Of a stretch of DNA of 64,000 bases, positions 47,215 to 57,479 are shown one piece after another. Position 1 is the stretch's first letter. Every line of letters begins with the position of its first letter. Under the pieces are notes generated by a model, which worked only from the letters and a program-made list of their open reading frames with translations, did no database searches and had not been told where the DNA came from. The stretch lies in the NCBI GenBank assembly GCA_963729605.1, contig CAVSNY010000007.1, positions 384,001 to 448,000 on the forward strand. The letters run 5' to 3'. The DNA comes from an uncultured Gammaproteobacteria bacterium (GTDB taxonomy: Bacteria > Pseudomonadota > Gammaproteobacteria > DRLM01). The position numbers and the translations under genes were made by a program.

Positions 47215-47778
47215 ATGAAACTGATCATTCTCGACCGCGACGGCGTGATCAACCACGACTCCGACGACTACATCAAGTCGCCGGACGAGTGGTTGCCGAT
47301 CCCCGGCAGCCTCGAGGCCATCGCCCGTTTGAACCGCGCCGGTTACCGGGTGGTGGTGGCGAGCAATCAATCGGGTCTGGCGCGGGGCCTGTTCGATATG
47401 GACACCTTGACCCGGATACACGACAAACTGCACCGCGCCCTGGCCGGGACGGGCGGCGCGGTGGAGGCGATTTTTTTCTGTCCCCATGCCCCCGCCGACG
47501 ACTGCGCCTGCCGCAAACCCAAACCGGGTCTGTTGCTCGATATCGCCGCGCGTTTGCAGATCCAGCTTGGCGCCGTGCCGATGGTCGGCGATACCCTGCG
47601 CGATGTGCAGGCGGCGCGCGCGGCGGGCGCGCGGCCGATCCTGGTGAGGACCGGCAAGGGCGCATGGACCGAACTCCAAGGTGAAGGACTGCAAGAAGTG
47701 CCGGTGTATGACGATCTCGCCGCGGCGGTGGATGCCTTGCTCGACGAGCAGGCCGGCGCGGACGCCGCGGGGCGCTGA
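47215..47778 (+). CDS. gmhB: D-glycero-beta-D-manno-heptose 1,7-bisphosphate 7-phosphatase
   Basis: LDRDGVIN, SNQSG, CACRKPKPG. Confidence 0.95.
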   Translation: MKLIILDRDGVINHDSDDYIKSPDEWLPIPGSLEAIARLNRAGYRVVVASNQSGLARGLFDMDTLTRIHDKLHRALAGTGGAVEAIFFCPHAPADDCACRKPKPGLLLDIAARLQIQLGAVPMVGDTLRDVQAARAAGARPILVRTGKGAWTELQGEGLQEVPVYDDLAAAVDALLDEQAGADAAGR

Positions 47779-48578
47779 TGAGCGTATCCGCCGAACCTTC
47801 ACGGCACGATCCGGCGCCGGGCTCGTGGTGGCGTTCGGTTTTATTCAACGCGGGCATGTCGATTTCCACCTTGATCTTCGCCCCGCTCAGCGTGCTCACG
47901 TTTCCCCTGCCTTATCGTTGGCGCTACGGTTTCATCACGCAATGGTCGCGGTTCAATCTATGGTGGCTGGGCGTGACCTGCCGGGTGTTTTACGTGGTGG
48001 AAGGGCGCGAACACCTGCCGGCCGGTCCGGTCATCGTGCTGGCCAAACATCAATCGGCCTTCGAGACCCTGGCCTTTCAACGCATCTTTCCGCCCCAGGT
48101 GTGGGTGCTCAAGCGCGAGCTGTTGTGGGTGCCGTTTTTCGGTTGGGGCTTGGCGATGCTGGAGCCCATCGCCATCGACCGCAAGGCGGGGCGCAAGGCC
48201 TTGCAGCAATTATTGAGCGACGGCACGCAGCGTCTGAGTCGCGGCCGCTGGGTGGTGATTTTTCCCGAAGGCACGCGGATGGCCCCCGGCGCGCGCGGCC
48301 GTTACGCCCCCGGCGGCGCGATACTCGCGGAGCGCAGCGGTTATCCGGTGTTGCCGGTGGCGCACAATGCCGGCGAGTTTTGGCCGCGGCGCGGCTTCGT
48401 CAAACGGCCCGGCACGGTGCGTATCGTCATCGGGCCGCTCATCGAAAGCCGGGGCCGCGACGCGCAGGAAATAAACGCGCTGACCGAGCAGTGGATAGAG
48501 GCGACGATGCAGCGCATCGGCGCGCCGGACGGGTCGACGGAAAAAGCAGTGGAACAATCATCCCCGCCGTTGAAGTGA
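47778..48578 (+). CDS. plsC: 1-acyl-sn-glycerol-3-phosphate acyltransferase
   Basis: KHQSAFET, FPEGTR; glyQS-gmhB-plsC synteny. Confidence 0.9.
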   Translation: MSVSAEPSRHDPAPGSWWRSVLFNAGMSISTLIFAPLSVLTFPLPYRWRYGFITQWSRFNLWWLGVTCRVFYVVEGREHLPAGPVIVLAKHQSAFETLAFQRIFPPQVWVLKRELLWVPFFGWGLAMLEPIAIDRKAGRKALQQLLSDGTQRLSRGRWVVIFPEGTRMAPGARGRYAPGGAILAERSGYPVLPVAHNAGEFWPRRGFVKRPGTVRIVIGPLIESRGRDAQEINALTEQWIEATMQRIGAPDGSTEKAVEQSSPPLK

Positions 48579-48736
48579 AGAACCGCTTTGCTTTCACCTT
48601 TTAATCGAGCACCGGTCATTTCCTGGGCACGGCCGGAACGGTGGAGTTCCGATGACAATGCGCAAGGGCGGTTCCATTGACCTCGTCGTGCGCGCCCGGC
48701 CGTCGCTATCGACGCCTTTGTCTCCCGCGATACAGG

Positions 48737-49489
48737 CTACCCGGCCACACTCTGCCGCCGGCCCGCGACTATTGAGAACGCGATGGCCACCGCCACCAGC
48801 GAGAGCACGATGGCCGCTCCGGCCGGGAGATCCCAGATTGCCGAGGCGATGAGGCCGAGCGCGTAGCCGAATGCGCCGACCAGGTAGCCGCGCCACAACC
48901 GCGTGCCGGTGATCAACGCTGGGATAATCAGGCTGGCGAACACCAGATAAACGCCGATCACTTGCACCGAGACGGTGATCATCACCGCGAACAGCAGATA
49001 AAATCCCAGCGAGGAGTCCTTGAGCTTGAGCCCGAACCACGCGCCGAGTACCACGAGGGTGACGAGGCCGAGCGGCGGCAGATCGGCCCAGGTGCTCCAG
49101 AGGATTTGTCCGACCAGCAGTTCCTTGAGGTGTTCACCGCCGCGCGGGTCGTGGCTCATCAACAGCAGCGCCGCGCAGGCGGCGGCGACGAAGCTCACGC
49201 CGATGATGGCCTCCTGCCGCGCCGGGTTGCGGCGTTCGGTCCAATGCAACAACAAGGCGCCGGCCAGCGCCGCGCTCACCGCGCCAAGCTGGGTAAGCCA
49301 GGGTGAATCGACGCCGACCAGCGTGTGCGCGAGGATGACGCCGAGCCCGGCGATCTGCGCGATGGCGAGATCGATGAAGATGATCCCGCGCCGTAACACC
49401 TCGCGACCGAGCGGCACATGGCTGGCCAGCACCAGCAGGCCGACGGTAAACGCCGGCAGCAGGATGCCGAGTGAGTCATGCGGATTCAT
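48737..49489 (-). CDS. metal ABC transporter permease
   Basis: HVPLGREVLRRGIIFIDLAIAQ, multiple TM. Confidence 0.88.
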   Translation of the reverse strand: MNPHDSLGILLPAFTVGLLVLASHVPLGREVLRRGIIFIDLAIAQIAGLGVILAHTLVGVDSPWLTQLGAVSAALAGALLLHWTERRNPARQEAIIGVSFVAAACAALLLMSHDPRGGEHLKELLVGQILWSTWADLPPLGLVTLVVLGAWFGLKLKDSSLGFYLLFAVMITVSVQVIGVYLVFASLIIPALITGTRLWRGYLVGAFGYALGLIASAIWDLPAGAAIVLSLVAVAIAFSIVAGRRQSVAG

Positions 49490-50388
49490 CGCAACGCCGC
49501 CTTGAGTCTGGCGACGGTTTCATCGAACAGCATGAACAGATCGCCGGTCTTTGGCGATCCACCCACGGTGTAGGGCAACTCCACCGCCGGGATGCCGCTA
49601 CGCGCGGCGATCCACTCCGCCGGGCGCGGCGAGTGATACGCTGCGCGCAGGGTCATGCGCGGGGGCTGGGCTTTGAGTCGATCGAGTAATCGGCCGAGGT
49701 GTGCAACCGAGGGTTCAATGCCGGGTTTGGGTTCGAGGTCGGCCACCACCACCAGTCCGAGCCAACGGGCGAGATAGGACCAGTTCTTGTGCTGCACCAG
49801 CACCGGCACGCCGCGTAACGGCGCGGCCTCGGTTTCCCAACGCGCGATGGCGATGCGCCAGCGTGTGGCGAAGTCGTTATGGCGCGCCGCGTAAACGGCG
49901 GCATTGGCCGGGTCGATCTCGGCGAGCCGCTGCGCCAGCGCTTCGGCCACCGGCAACAAATTGCGCGGGTCGGTATGCAGATGGGGATTGCCCGCCGCGT
50001 GCACATCCCCGTGCGCGCGATCCAGCGTCGTCGGTTGTTCGATGAGTGTGACGAACTGTGCCGCCTCGAAGTAACCGGGCCGGCCGGGCAGGATGCGCGG
50101 ATTGCCGGCTTCGCGTTGCAGCAACGGCAACCAGCCCGCTTCCAATTCCGCGCCGGTGCACACGATAAGGTCGGCATTGCGGGCGCGGACGATCAGCGAA
50201 GGCCGCGCCTCGATCCGATGTGGGTCTTGCCGCGCGGTGGTGGCGGAACTCACCCGTGCTGCCGGCCCGGCGAGTTCCTCGGTCAACGCCGCCCACTCCG
50301 GCTCGCAGGCGAGCACGTCGAGAGCGGCGTGGGCCGGCATGGCGATCCACGCCAACAGCCCCGTGAATAACAATGTGATGAAGCGCAT
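49486..50388 (-). CDS. Zn/Mn-type ABC substrate-binding protein
   Basis: QDPH, GAELEAGWL, GDVHAAGNPH, EPKPGI. Confidence 0.92.
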   Translation of the reverse strand: MRFITLLFTGLLAWIAMPAHAALDVLACEPEWAALTEELAGPAARVSSATTARQDPHRIEARPSLIVRARNADLIVCTGAELEAGWLPLLQREAGNPRILPGRPGYFEAAQFVTLIEQPTTLDRAHGDVHAAGNPHLHTDPRNLLPVAEALAQRLAEIDPANAAVYAARHNDFATRWRIAIARWETEAAPLRGVPVLVQHKNWSYLARWLGLVVVADLEPKPGIEPSVAHLGRLLDRLKAQPPRMTLRAAYHSPRPAEWIAARSGIPAVELPYTVGGSPKTGDLFMLFDETVARLKAALR

Positions 50389-50476
50389 CGAAATACCTCA
50401 CATGTGCGGACAATGAAGGTTTCACCTTGCCGCATCTCCCTGGTAAAGCCGTCCTGGCAGGGGACGCGGCGGTTAG

Positions 50477-50613
50477 GGAAGCCTTGAATGATTCCCGGTG
50501 ATGCTCGGAGTAAACAAGTGCATGTTCGTTTCTCGGATTTGCAATGGCTAACCGCCATCGCAAAGGGCGGCACGTCCGTGTGCCGCGGGCATCTCCGCTT
50601 AAATCGGATGTCC
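50477..50613 (+). mobile_element. IS5-like MITE with TTAG target duplication
   Basis: TTAG|GGAAGCCTTGAATGA...AAATCGGATGTCC|TTAG. Confidence 0.7.
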
Positions 50614-51846
50614 TTAGAACCGATGAACGCCATGCGCGCCGAGGCTGAGGATGTATTGCAGGGTCACCACATTGTCGGCGTCGCCCTGCATGGCCTGGTC
50701 GCGGGCGAGTTGCAGGCGCAAGCGCGAGAATTCGCTCGGCGAGAAATCCAGCATCACCGACTGCCGGTCCGGGTTGTAATCCGACACGGGCAGAGAGGCG
50801 TTGTTGGCGGCGAAGTCCGGTGTGCCGCTGTCGAGCCGGTCGTAGCGATACCCGGCCCGCCAGCGCGGCATGAATTGATACACCGCCTGCGCATACCAGC
50901 CTGATTGTTTGGCGCGATAGGCATCGGTGGTGCCGACGCAAGCCCCGCCGTCCGCGCTGTTGTCTTCGCAAGTTAATTCGCCGGTTTCATTGCGACGGAA
51001 ATATTCGGCCTGGAATTTGAGGTTGCGATGCTTCGGATTGCCGTCCGGCGCCCACTTCCAGACGAAATCGGCGATCCAGGTTTTGGAGGTGCCGCTGAAG
51101 TCGATTGCGGCCTCTTGGTCGCTGAGGTCCTCGAGTTCGCCGTGACGCTCTTGCGGTTTGGCGTGCAGGAAGGACAAGCCCGCCCGCCAACTGTTGGATA
51201 CGCCGACGTCATCGCCCATGCGCGCAAACGCCGCCCACATACCCGCGCCGTTGCGATCGCCGGCCGCTTCGGTGCCGGGAAAGTTCTGTCCGCGCGCGGC
51301 CTCCACGCCGAATTCCATGAAGGTGTCGGCGGGCGCCAGCCATTTTGCTTGTATCCCGTCGTGAATCAGATGTGTGCCGAACAACGCCTGGTACATCAAA
51401 CTGGTGTCGGAAAAATCCCAGGCATGCGGATGCAATTCGTTCTGATAACCGATGCCGGACAGGAACCGCCCGCCCTTGACGGTGAAGCCGTGGCTCAGTC
51501 CGAGGGTCTGGAACCAGGCCTCTTCGACCTCGGCGTGTTCATCGAGGAAGGCAAGATTGAGATAACCGCGAAACGCGTGATCCACATTGGCCGACATCAC
51601 CAGCTCGGTGTGGTCCAACGTGAAGCCGCGCTCGGCGCCGCCGTGCTCATGGTCGCCGGCGGGCAGGAAACCGGTGATGTGATGCTCGCCGGCATCGCGC
51701 GAGATGAATGCGCCCTGCAGGATCAAGGAAATTTCCGGATTGAAAGCGGTTTGGCCGCGTGCCGCGGTTTCCTGAGCGACGCTGCCGGTGCTGATGGCCA
51801 GCGTCAAGGCGCCGGCGAGATTGGCGGCGGTAGATTTAAAATACAT
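50614..51846 (-). CDS. metal-uptake outer-membrane beta-barrel/porin
   Basis: FNPEISLIL, His-rich segments, SEFSRLRLQ, SLGAHGVHRF. Confidence 0.85.
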   Translation of the reverse strand: MYFKSTAANLAGALTLAISTGSVAQETAARGQTAFNPEISLILQGAFISRDAGEHHITGFLPAGDHEHGGAERGFTLDHTELVMSANVDHAFRGYLNLAFLDEHAEVEEAWFQTLGLSHGFTVKGGRFLSGIGYQNELHPHAWDFSDTSLMYQALFGTHLIHDGIQAKWLAPADTFMEFGVEAARGQNFPGTEAAGDRNGAGMWAAFARMGDDVGVSNSWRAGLSFLHAKPQERHGELEDLSDQEAAIDFSGTSKTWIADFVWKWAPDGNPKHRNLKFQAEYFRRNETGELTCEDNSADGGACVGTTDAYRAKQSGWYAQAVYQFMPRWRAGYRYDRLDSGTPDFAANNASLPVSDYNPDRQSVMLDFSPSEFSRLRLQLARDQAMQGDADNVVTLQYILSLGAHGVHRF

Positions 51847-51934
51847 AGCGTGTTCTCCATTGAATGGCTGAATACATCGCACGCGCCGACCCGCAACGGG
51901 GTGGCGACGCGCAAGCAAATGGCCCGGGGGCCGG

Positions 51935-52291
51935 TCAGACGGTCAACGGAGAAAGTGGCGGGGCGCGACTGCGGAAATGATGGCCGGCGAAGGCCTGCAC
52001 CCGTTCTGCCCTGAGGGTTGGCCATTGCGGCGCGGCCACGGTGAGCAGCGGCAAACCGATGGCCGGGGCTGGGGCCGCGCCTAGGAACTGCGCATACCCG
52101 GTACACAGGGAACAGCCGCCGTCGGCGACCACAGGCGACTCATCGGCCTCGGCCTGCAGATGGCTGATGCTGTGGGTGATGGCGCCAAGCTGGCTGAGCA
52201 CCAGTACCAGCGCCAGACTCAGTAGCCACGCCAGACGGCGGGGCTTGGCCGTGATCTGCGCGTGAAGCGGATGATTAAGGCGGCTGCTCAT
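51935..52291 (-). CDS. DUF2946-like small metal-binding leader protein
   Basis: TM, HxxxH, CSLC, C-terminal SRAPP motif upstream of an outer-membrane receptor gene. Confidence 0.7.
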   Translation of the reverse strand: MSSRLNHPLHAQITAKPRRLAWLLSLALVLVLSQLGAITHSISHLQAEADESPVVADGGCSLCTGYAQFLGAAPAPAIGLPLLTVAAPQWPTLRAERVQAFAGHHFRSRAPPLSPLTV

Positions 52292-52885
52292 GGATTGTTG
52301 CAAATCCTTCGACTCATGGCGAACGTCATGTGCCGCGAGTATACGCAAGACCGCCGGTGTTCGAAAGATCGGCCCGGCATATTTAGAGACGCGCCATGCG
52401 CGGAAGGGTGGATTGCACGGATGGGTGAGGCGTTCGGATCACGCCCATGTGAAATAAAAGCGTCGCGACCTCGGAAACAACACGCCCGTCCATGTGCCAG
52501 CGACCTCGGTATCTCGGTATTGATCACTTTTGCCCCACCCCCTTTGGCGGGCCGCTGCCGCCAAGGACAGCGGGGTATCATTGCGCTGATGCTCCGCATC
52601 GCGCGCGATTCCATCCGCTGAAGGCTTCGAAGGCCGAGGAAACACCGAGAATGATGTGTTGCGGCCATCGCGCGCTTTATTTGACCTCGCGTGAACTAAA
52701 CTTTATGGTGTGGTCCATATCTAAGGCTCAGCCATCAGCAAAAACAAATTCCTTTCACCGTCAAGGTAATCTATGGGCCATCAGACAAATAGATGTTTGA
52801 GAATTTTTACTTGGGCGGAGACCGGGTCTATTTTTGTCCTATTGTCCATGGACATGTCTTGTAATCTATGTGAGGTTGTCCGCTC

Positions 52886-53710
52886 ATGACGGAATGGCTC
52901 GCTACTCCCGCGGCGCAGGCGGGTTTCGTTCCTTTTATCACGGCCCTGTTGAGCGCGGCCGTTCTGCGCAAGTTGGGCTGGTACTGGGCGGGCGGTGCCT
53001 TGGTGGCGGGCTTCGCGGTGGCGGTGTATCTCAGCACCGGCTTTCAGTTTCAGCCGTGGACCAGTACCCGCAAGATCGTTGCGCTGACCCTGGGCGCCGC
53101 GGTCCTGGGCCTGCTTTATGACCTCTATCCTTTTCAGCGCCGCTGGTTGATTCCGGTCACTTTCGCGGCGGCGGTGGCCGCGGTGTTGTGGGTGGTGTGG
53201 CCGGTGTTGTCGCGGCGCGAGGGCGCGGAATATTGGACGCTCGCCGTGGGTGTTAGCGCCTATGTGGGCTGGTGCGCGGTGGCAATGGAGACCTTGCGCG
53301 CCAAGCCGGTGGCGATGATGGGCGCGGCGGTGGCCTTGGGCTTCGGCGCGGGTGTCACCGCCTTGCTGGGCGCCTCCGCCTTGATGGGGCAGTGGGGCAT
53401 CGCCTTGGGCGTCTCGGCCGGCGCCTTGTGGTTGTTCGTCATCTTCATGCGCAATACCACGGTGGGTTCGCTGGCCGCGCTGCCGCTGGGTGTGGGGGCC
53501 GCGCTGATCGGTTGCGGCGCCTTTGTCTACGCTAAACTGCCGTGGTCGAGTCTGCTTATTTTGGCGACGATTCCCTTGATCGCGCACCTGGTCTGGCTGC
53601 CGCGCCTGCCGCGTCTGGCGCAGGCCGCCTTGTCGATGTTCGCGGCGGCGCTGCCGGCCGCCGCCGCCGTATGGTTTACCTTGCAGCAAACGGGCGCGCC
53701 GCCCTTGTGA
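52886..53710 (+). CDS. hypothetical polytopic membrane protein
   Basis: About 9 hydrophobic segments, host-like codon usage. Confidence 0.75.
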   Translation: MTEWLATPAAQAGFVPFITALLSAAVLRKLGWYWAGGALVAGFAVAVYLSTGFQFQPWTSTRKIVALTLGAAVLGLLYDLYPFQRRWLIPVTFAAAVAAVLWVVWPVLSRREGAEYWTLAVGVSAYVGWCAVAMETLRAKPVAMMGAAVALGFGAGVTALLGASALMGQWGIALGVSAGALWLFVIFMRNTTVGSLAALPLGVGAALIGCGAFVYAKLPWSSLLILATIPLIAHLVWLPRLPRLAQAALSMFAAALPAAAAVWFTLQQTGAPPL

Positions 53711-53745
53711 TCGAGTTCCCCCACGACAATCTCAGGAGATTCGCA

Positions 53746-54321
53746 ATGAAAAAAACCTTAGTCGCCTTTATGTTCGCCACGTTGCCGTTGAGCGGTTTCG
53801 CCGCGCCGGAATCGTTTACCATCGATCCCAATCACACCTACCCCAACTTCACCATCAATCATCTGGGTTTTTCCACCATGTATGGCCGTTTCGGCAAGAC
53901 CTCGGGCAAACTCACCATCGATAATGAAAAGAAGACCGGTTCGGTGGATGTGGTGATCGACGCCGCGTCGGTCGATACCGGTTTCGCCAAACGCGATGAC
54001 CATCTGCGTTCGCCGGATTTTCTCAACGTGGTGGAATTTCCGCAGATCACCTACAAGTCCACCAAGGTGGTGATCAACGCCGACAAGTCCGCGGTGGTGG
54101 ACGGCAATCTCACCATCGCCGGCGTGACCAAGCCGGTGCGGCTCGACGTCAAGAGCATGAACTGCGGAATCAATCCCATGGATCCGAAGAAACAGACCTA
54201 CGTCTGCGGCTTTGATGCAACGACGAAGATCAAGCGTTCCGATTTCGGCGTCAAGTTCGCCTTGCCGGGGGTGGGCGATGAAATGAACATCTTCCTCGGA
54301 GTCGAGGCGATCCGTAACTAA
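53746..54321 (+). CDS. YceI family protein
   Basis: IDPNHT, HLGFS, RDDHLRSPDF, IKRSDFG. Confidence 0.93.
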   Translation: MKKTLVAFMFATLPLSGFAAPESFTIDPNHTYPNFTINHLGFSTMYGRFGKTSGKLTIDNEKKTGSVDVVIDAASVDTGFAKRDDHLRSPDFLNVVEFPQITYKSTKVVINADKSAVVDGNLTIAGVTKPVRLDVKSMNCGINPMDPKKQTYVCGFDATTKIKRSDFGVKFALPGVGDEMNIFLGVEAIRN

Positions 54322-54370
54322 GGCGTTACGCTAAAGTCGGCGCCCTCGCCAGCGGGCGCTTATGAAAATC

Positions 54371-54402
54371 GACGCCGGAGCTTTGTGGTTCCGGCGTTTT
54401 TT
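54371..54402 (+). terminator. intrinsic terminator
   Basis: ACGCCGGAG...TTCCGGCGT followed by T run. Confidence 0.7.
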
Positions 54403-55199
54403 TATTTTGAATGGACGGCGTTGGCGAGCAGGGCGAATTGCGCCAGGCTCAACACTTCGGGGCGCAGGCCGGGGTCGATGCCGAGCGCGCGGATTTCCTG
54501 TTCGCTCAGAAAATCCTTGAGGGTGTTGCGCAGGGTTTTGCGGCGTTGACTGAAGGCGCGGTTCACCAGTTCGGTGAAGCGCCGTTCGTCGTTAATCTGC
54601 ACGGGCGCGACGCGATGCGGCCTCAGCCGCACGAAGGCCGAATCGACTTTGGGCGCGGGACGGAAGGCGCCCGGTCCCACCGAGAACAATAAATCCACCG
54701 CGCAGCGCCATTGCAGCATTACGCTCAAACGGCCGTAGTCATCGGCGCCGGGCGGCGCGGCCATGCGCAAGGCCACTTCTTTCTGCACCATGAAATGCAT
54801 GTCGATGATGAGCGGCGCGTAAGAGAGCAGATGAAACATCAGCGGCGTGGAAATATTGTAAGGCAAGTTACCCACCACCCGCAGCGTGCGTTCGCCGTGG
54901 GTCAGCGCGGCGAAATCGAATTTGAGCGCGTCGATTTGATGGATGCGCAGCTCGCCTCGGTCCGCGCAGTGTTGCTGTAAATGCGGAATCACGTCGCGGT
55001 CGAGTTCGATCACGTGCAGCTTATGCGCCGCTTCCAGCAAGGGTGCGGTGATGGCGCCGAGGCCGGGGCCGATCTCCACCAGGGTCTGCCCGGGTTGCGG
55101 CGCGACGGCGCGGACGATGCGTTCGATGACGTGGGCGTCGTGCAGAAAATTTTGCCCGAAGCGTTTGCGGGCCTGATGCGGTGTGCCGGAGGTGTTCAT
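54402..55199 (-). CDS. rsmA: 16S rRNA adenine dimethyltransferase
   Basis: [25 protein letters not shown]. Confidence 0.97.
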   Translation of the reverse strand: MNTSGTPHQARKRFGQNFLHDAHVIERIVRAVAPQPGQTLVEIGPGLGAITAPLLEAAHKLHVIELDRDVIPHLQQHCADRGELRIHQIDALKFDFAALTHGERTLRVVGNLPYNISTPLMFHLLSYAPLIIDMHFMVQKEVALRMAAPPGADDYGRLSVMLQWRCAVDLLFSVGPGAFRPAPKVDSAFVRLRPHRVAPVQINDERRFTELVNRAFSQRRKTLRNTLKDFLSEQEIRALGIDPGLRPEVLSLAQFALLANAVHSK

Positions 55200-56209
55200 G
55201 CGGTCGCGCGCGCCGCCATTTCGCCGGCGAGTTGCAGCGCGGCCTCCAGGCTGCCGAGGTCGGCGCCGCCTTTGCCCGCCAGTTCCAGGGCCGTGCCGTG
55301 ATCGACCGAGGTGCGGATGATGGGCAGGCCGAGGGTGACGTTCACCGCCTTGCCGAAACCTTTGAACTTGAGTACCGGCAGGCCTTGGTCGTGGTACATG
55401 GCCAGCACCGCGTCGGCGCTATCGAGATATTTCGGAATGAACAGGGTGTCGGCGGGCAGCGGCCCGATCAGGTCCATGCCCTCGCCGCGCAGCGCGTTCA
55501 GCACCGGTACGACCACGTCGCGGTCCTCCGTGCCGAGATGGCCGCCTTCGCCGGCGTGGGGATTGAGTCCGCACACCACGATGCGCGGCGCGGCGATGCC
55601 GAAGCGCGTGCGCAGATCGTGATGCAGTATCCGTGTCACCCCTGCAAGATGCGGCGCGCTGATGGCGTCCGCCACCGCGCGCAACGGCAGGTGAGTGGTG
55701 GCGAGAGCGACGCGCAGCCCCGCGGTGAGCAGCATCATCACCACTTGCGGGGTGCGGGTGATCTCCGCGAGAAACTCGGTGTGGCCGGAAAAGACGAAGC
55801 CGGCGTCGTTGATGATGCCTTTGTGTACCGGACCGGTCACCAGGGCCGCGAACTCGCCGCGCAGACAGCCCGCGCTGGCGCGGCGTAACGTGTCGAGCAC
55901 ATACGCCGCGTTGGCGGGATGGAGTTCACCGGCGCGTACCGCCGCGCGCAATGGAACCGGCGCGACCTGTAGCGTGCCGGCCTGCTGGGGCCGAGCCGGT
56001 TGTGTGGCGTCGAACGTATCGAGTCTGAGCGGCAGGCCCAATTGCGCGGCGCGTTCCGCCAGCAGGTCGGGATCGGCGACCGCCACCAGTTGGACCGGAT
56101 GGGCGCGCTGCGCCAGCATTACGCATAAATCGGGGCCGATACCGGCCGGTTCGCCGGGGGTGAGGGCGATGCGTGGCACTGAAGTGATGGTGGTCGGCGG
56201 CGGCTTCAT
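55196..56209 (-). CDS. pdxA: 4-hydroxythreonine-4-phosphate dehydrogenase
   Basis: [28 protein letters not shown]. Confidence 0.97.
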   Translation of the reverse strand: MKPPPTTITSVPRIALTPGEPAGIGPDLCVMLAQRAHPVQLVAVADPDLLAERAAQLGLPLRLDTFDATQPARPQQAGTLQVAPVPLRAAVRAGELHPANAAYVLDTLRRASAGCLRGEFAALVTGPVHKGIINDAGFVFSGHTEFLAEITRTPQVVMMLLTAGLRVALATTHLPLRAVADAISAPHLAGVTRILHHDLRTRFGIAAPRIVVCGLNPHAGEGGHLGTEDRDVVVPVLNALRGEGMDLIGPLPADTLFIPKYLDSADAVLAMYHDQGLPVLKFKGFGKAVNVTLGLPIIRTSVDHGTALELAGKGGADLGSLEAALQLAGEMAARATA

Positions 56210-56362
56210 GGGTAGGGCTTTTTATCACTTCCCCCGCCGCCGGTCCACTCCCGGTTTTTATAATAAGCCGGTATCGGCGCGGCGCGTGGCAAGGGACGAT
56301 TAAGTGAAAGACCGTGGGGCGGCGCGGCGCGATGGTTTAGGGAATGCCGGGGACATTTCTAA

Positions 56363-56511
56363 CGACGCGCTGAATAATTCCATCCTGAAATTTTCAGGGC
56401 AAGGGCGGCGAAAATGACATTTCGGCGTCCTTTATCTCCCATGGCCCACGTCATTGAAAAGGGCGCACACATCCGTGTGCCGCGGGAATCTCTGAAGAAA
56501 TCCGATGTTCC
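56363..56511 (+). mobile_element. IS5-like MITE
   Basis: CTAA|CGACGCGCTGAATAATTCC...GATGTTCC|TTAA; homologous to 35602-35751 and 50477-50613. Confidence 0.7.
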
Positions 56512-57450
56512 TTAATTCGTAGTTTCTTGGCCCATATCGAGGGCGAGGTAGCTCCGTTCGATGAGCGCGCCGCCGGTGGTGCCTTGTCCTGGGAAGGTGG
56601 CGATGCCGGCTCGGATGACGACGCGGCCCTCGGGGAAACATTCCCGGCCGGGGAAAGGATGGCGGTCTATCGATTCGCGCATGCGCTTGACTAAGGCGTT
56701 CGCGCCGCTGTTGCCGGTTTCCGGCAGGAGCAGGGCGAATTCATGGTCGTTGTAGCGGGTCAGGGTGTCCGAGGTGCGGATATGGTCGCGCAATAAATTG
56801 GCCAGCGAATACAGCAGTAATTCGCTGGCTTTATTGCCGTGATGGGTCTGATAGGCGGCGAAGTCCACGATGTCGGACATGATCAGCGAAAATTCGCGCC
56901 GGTAACGCTGCGAGCGGGAGATCTCCATGGCCATTGCTTCGTGAAAATGTTTCTGGTTGTGCAGCCCGGTGATTTCGTCGATGGTGGCGAGTTTATGTAG
57001 TTTGCGGGTGACGGAGCTCAATCCTTCCGCGTGTTGTTTGACCCGCTCCGACAGGCTGCGGTTTTCCTGCAATAGGCGATGTTTTTCGATGGCCCGTTCG
57101 ATGATGGCGATGATGAACGGAATATTGTCCATGGGCAGGATGACGCAATCGTAGGCGCCTGCTTCCAAGGCATGTTTGGCGGTGTTGATTTGAGTGCGCT
57201 GGATAATCGCCACGCTTTGAGTGTTGTTCGAACGCAGGCGGATGTCCTGGATCAGACGCAGGCTGGCCTTGCCGTCGGTCTCGGTGTTGATGATCACCGC
57301 CGCGTAATGGGTCTTTCTGATTTTGTGGAGGGCGTCGGCCGCCGTCGCGGTCCGCTCGACGCTGTGCCCGCTTTCGATAAGCGGCTGCGCGAGCAGATTG
57401 GGGATGACGTCCTCCTGGTCTACGAAGAGGATGTGGACGGATTCATTCAT
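56512..57450 (-). CDS. degenerate REC-GGDEF protein
   Basis: RYNDHEF replaces RYGG(D/E)EF; RTSD I-site kept; REC acceptor Asp replaced (IINT). Confidence 0.85.
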   Translation of the reverse strand: MNESVHILFVDQEDVIPNLLAQPLIESGHSVERTATAADALHKIRKTHYAAVIINTETDGKASLRLIQDIRLRSNNTQSVAIIQRTQINTAKHALEAGAYDCVILPMDNIPFIIAIIERAIEKHRLLQENRSLSERVKQHAEGLSSVTRKLHKLATIDEITGLHNQKHFHEAMAMEISRSQRYRREFSLIMSDIVDFAAYQTHHGNKASELLLYSLANLLRDHIRTSDTLTRYNDHEFALLLPETGNSGANALVKRMRESIDRHPFPGRECFPEGRVVIRAGIATFPGQGTTGGALIERSYLALDMGQETTN

Positions 57451-57479
57451 GCCGGTGGCAGGACCATAGTGCGCGCAAC

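Noticed and set aside
48620-48705. Stem-rich intergenic segment, considered as a ZTP-type riboswitch
   Set aside because: Lies between convergent gene ends and lacks the conserved aptamer motifs.
52350-52700. Cobalamin riboswitch upstream of the metal operon
   Set aside because: No B12-box or GGGAA...GCCCCCGCAACTGT core found on the minus strand; kept only as an unknown fold-back.
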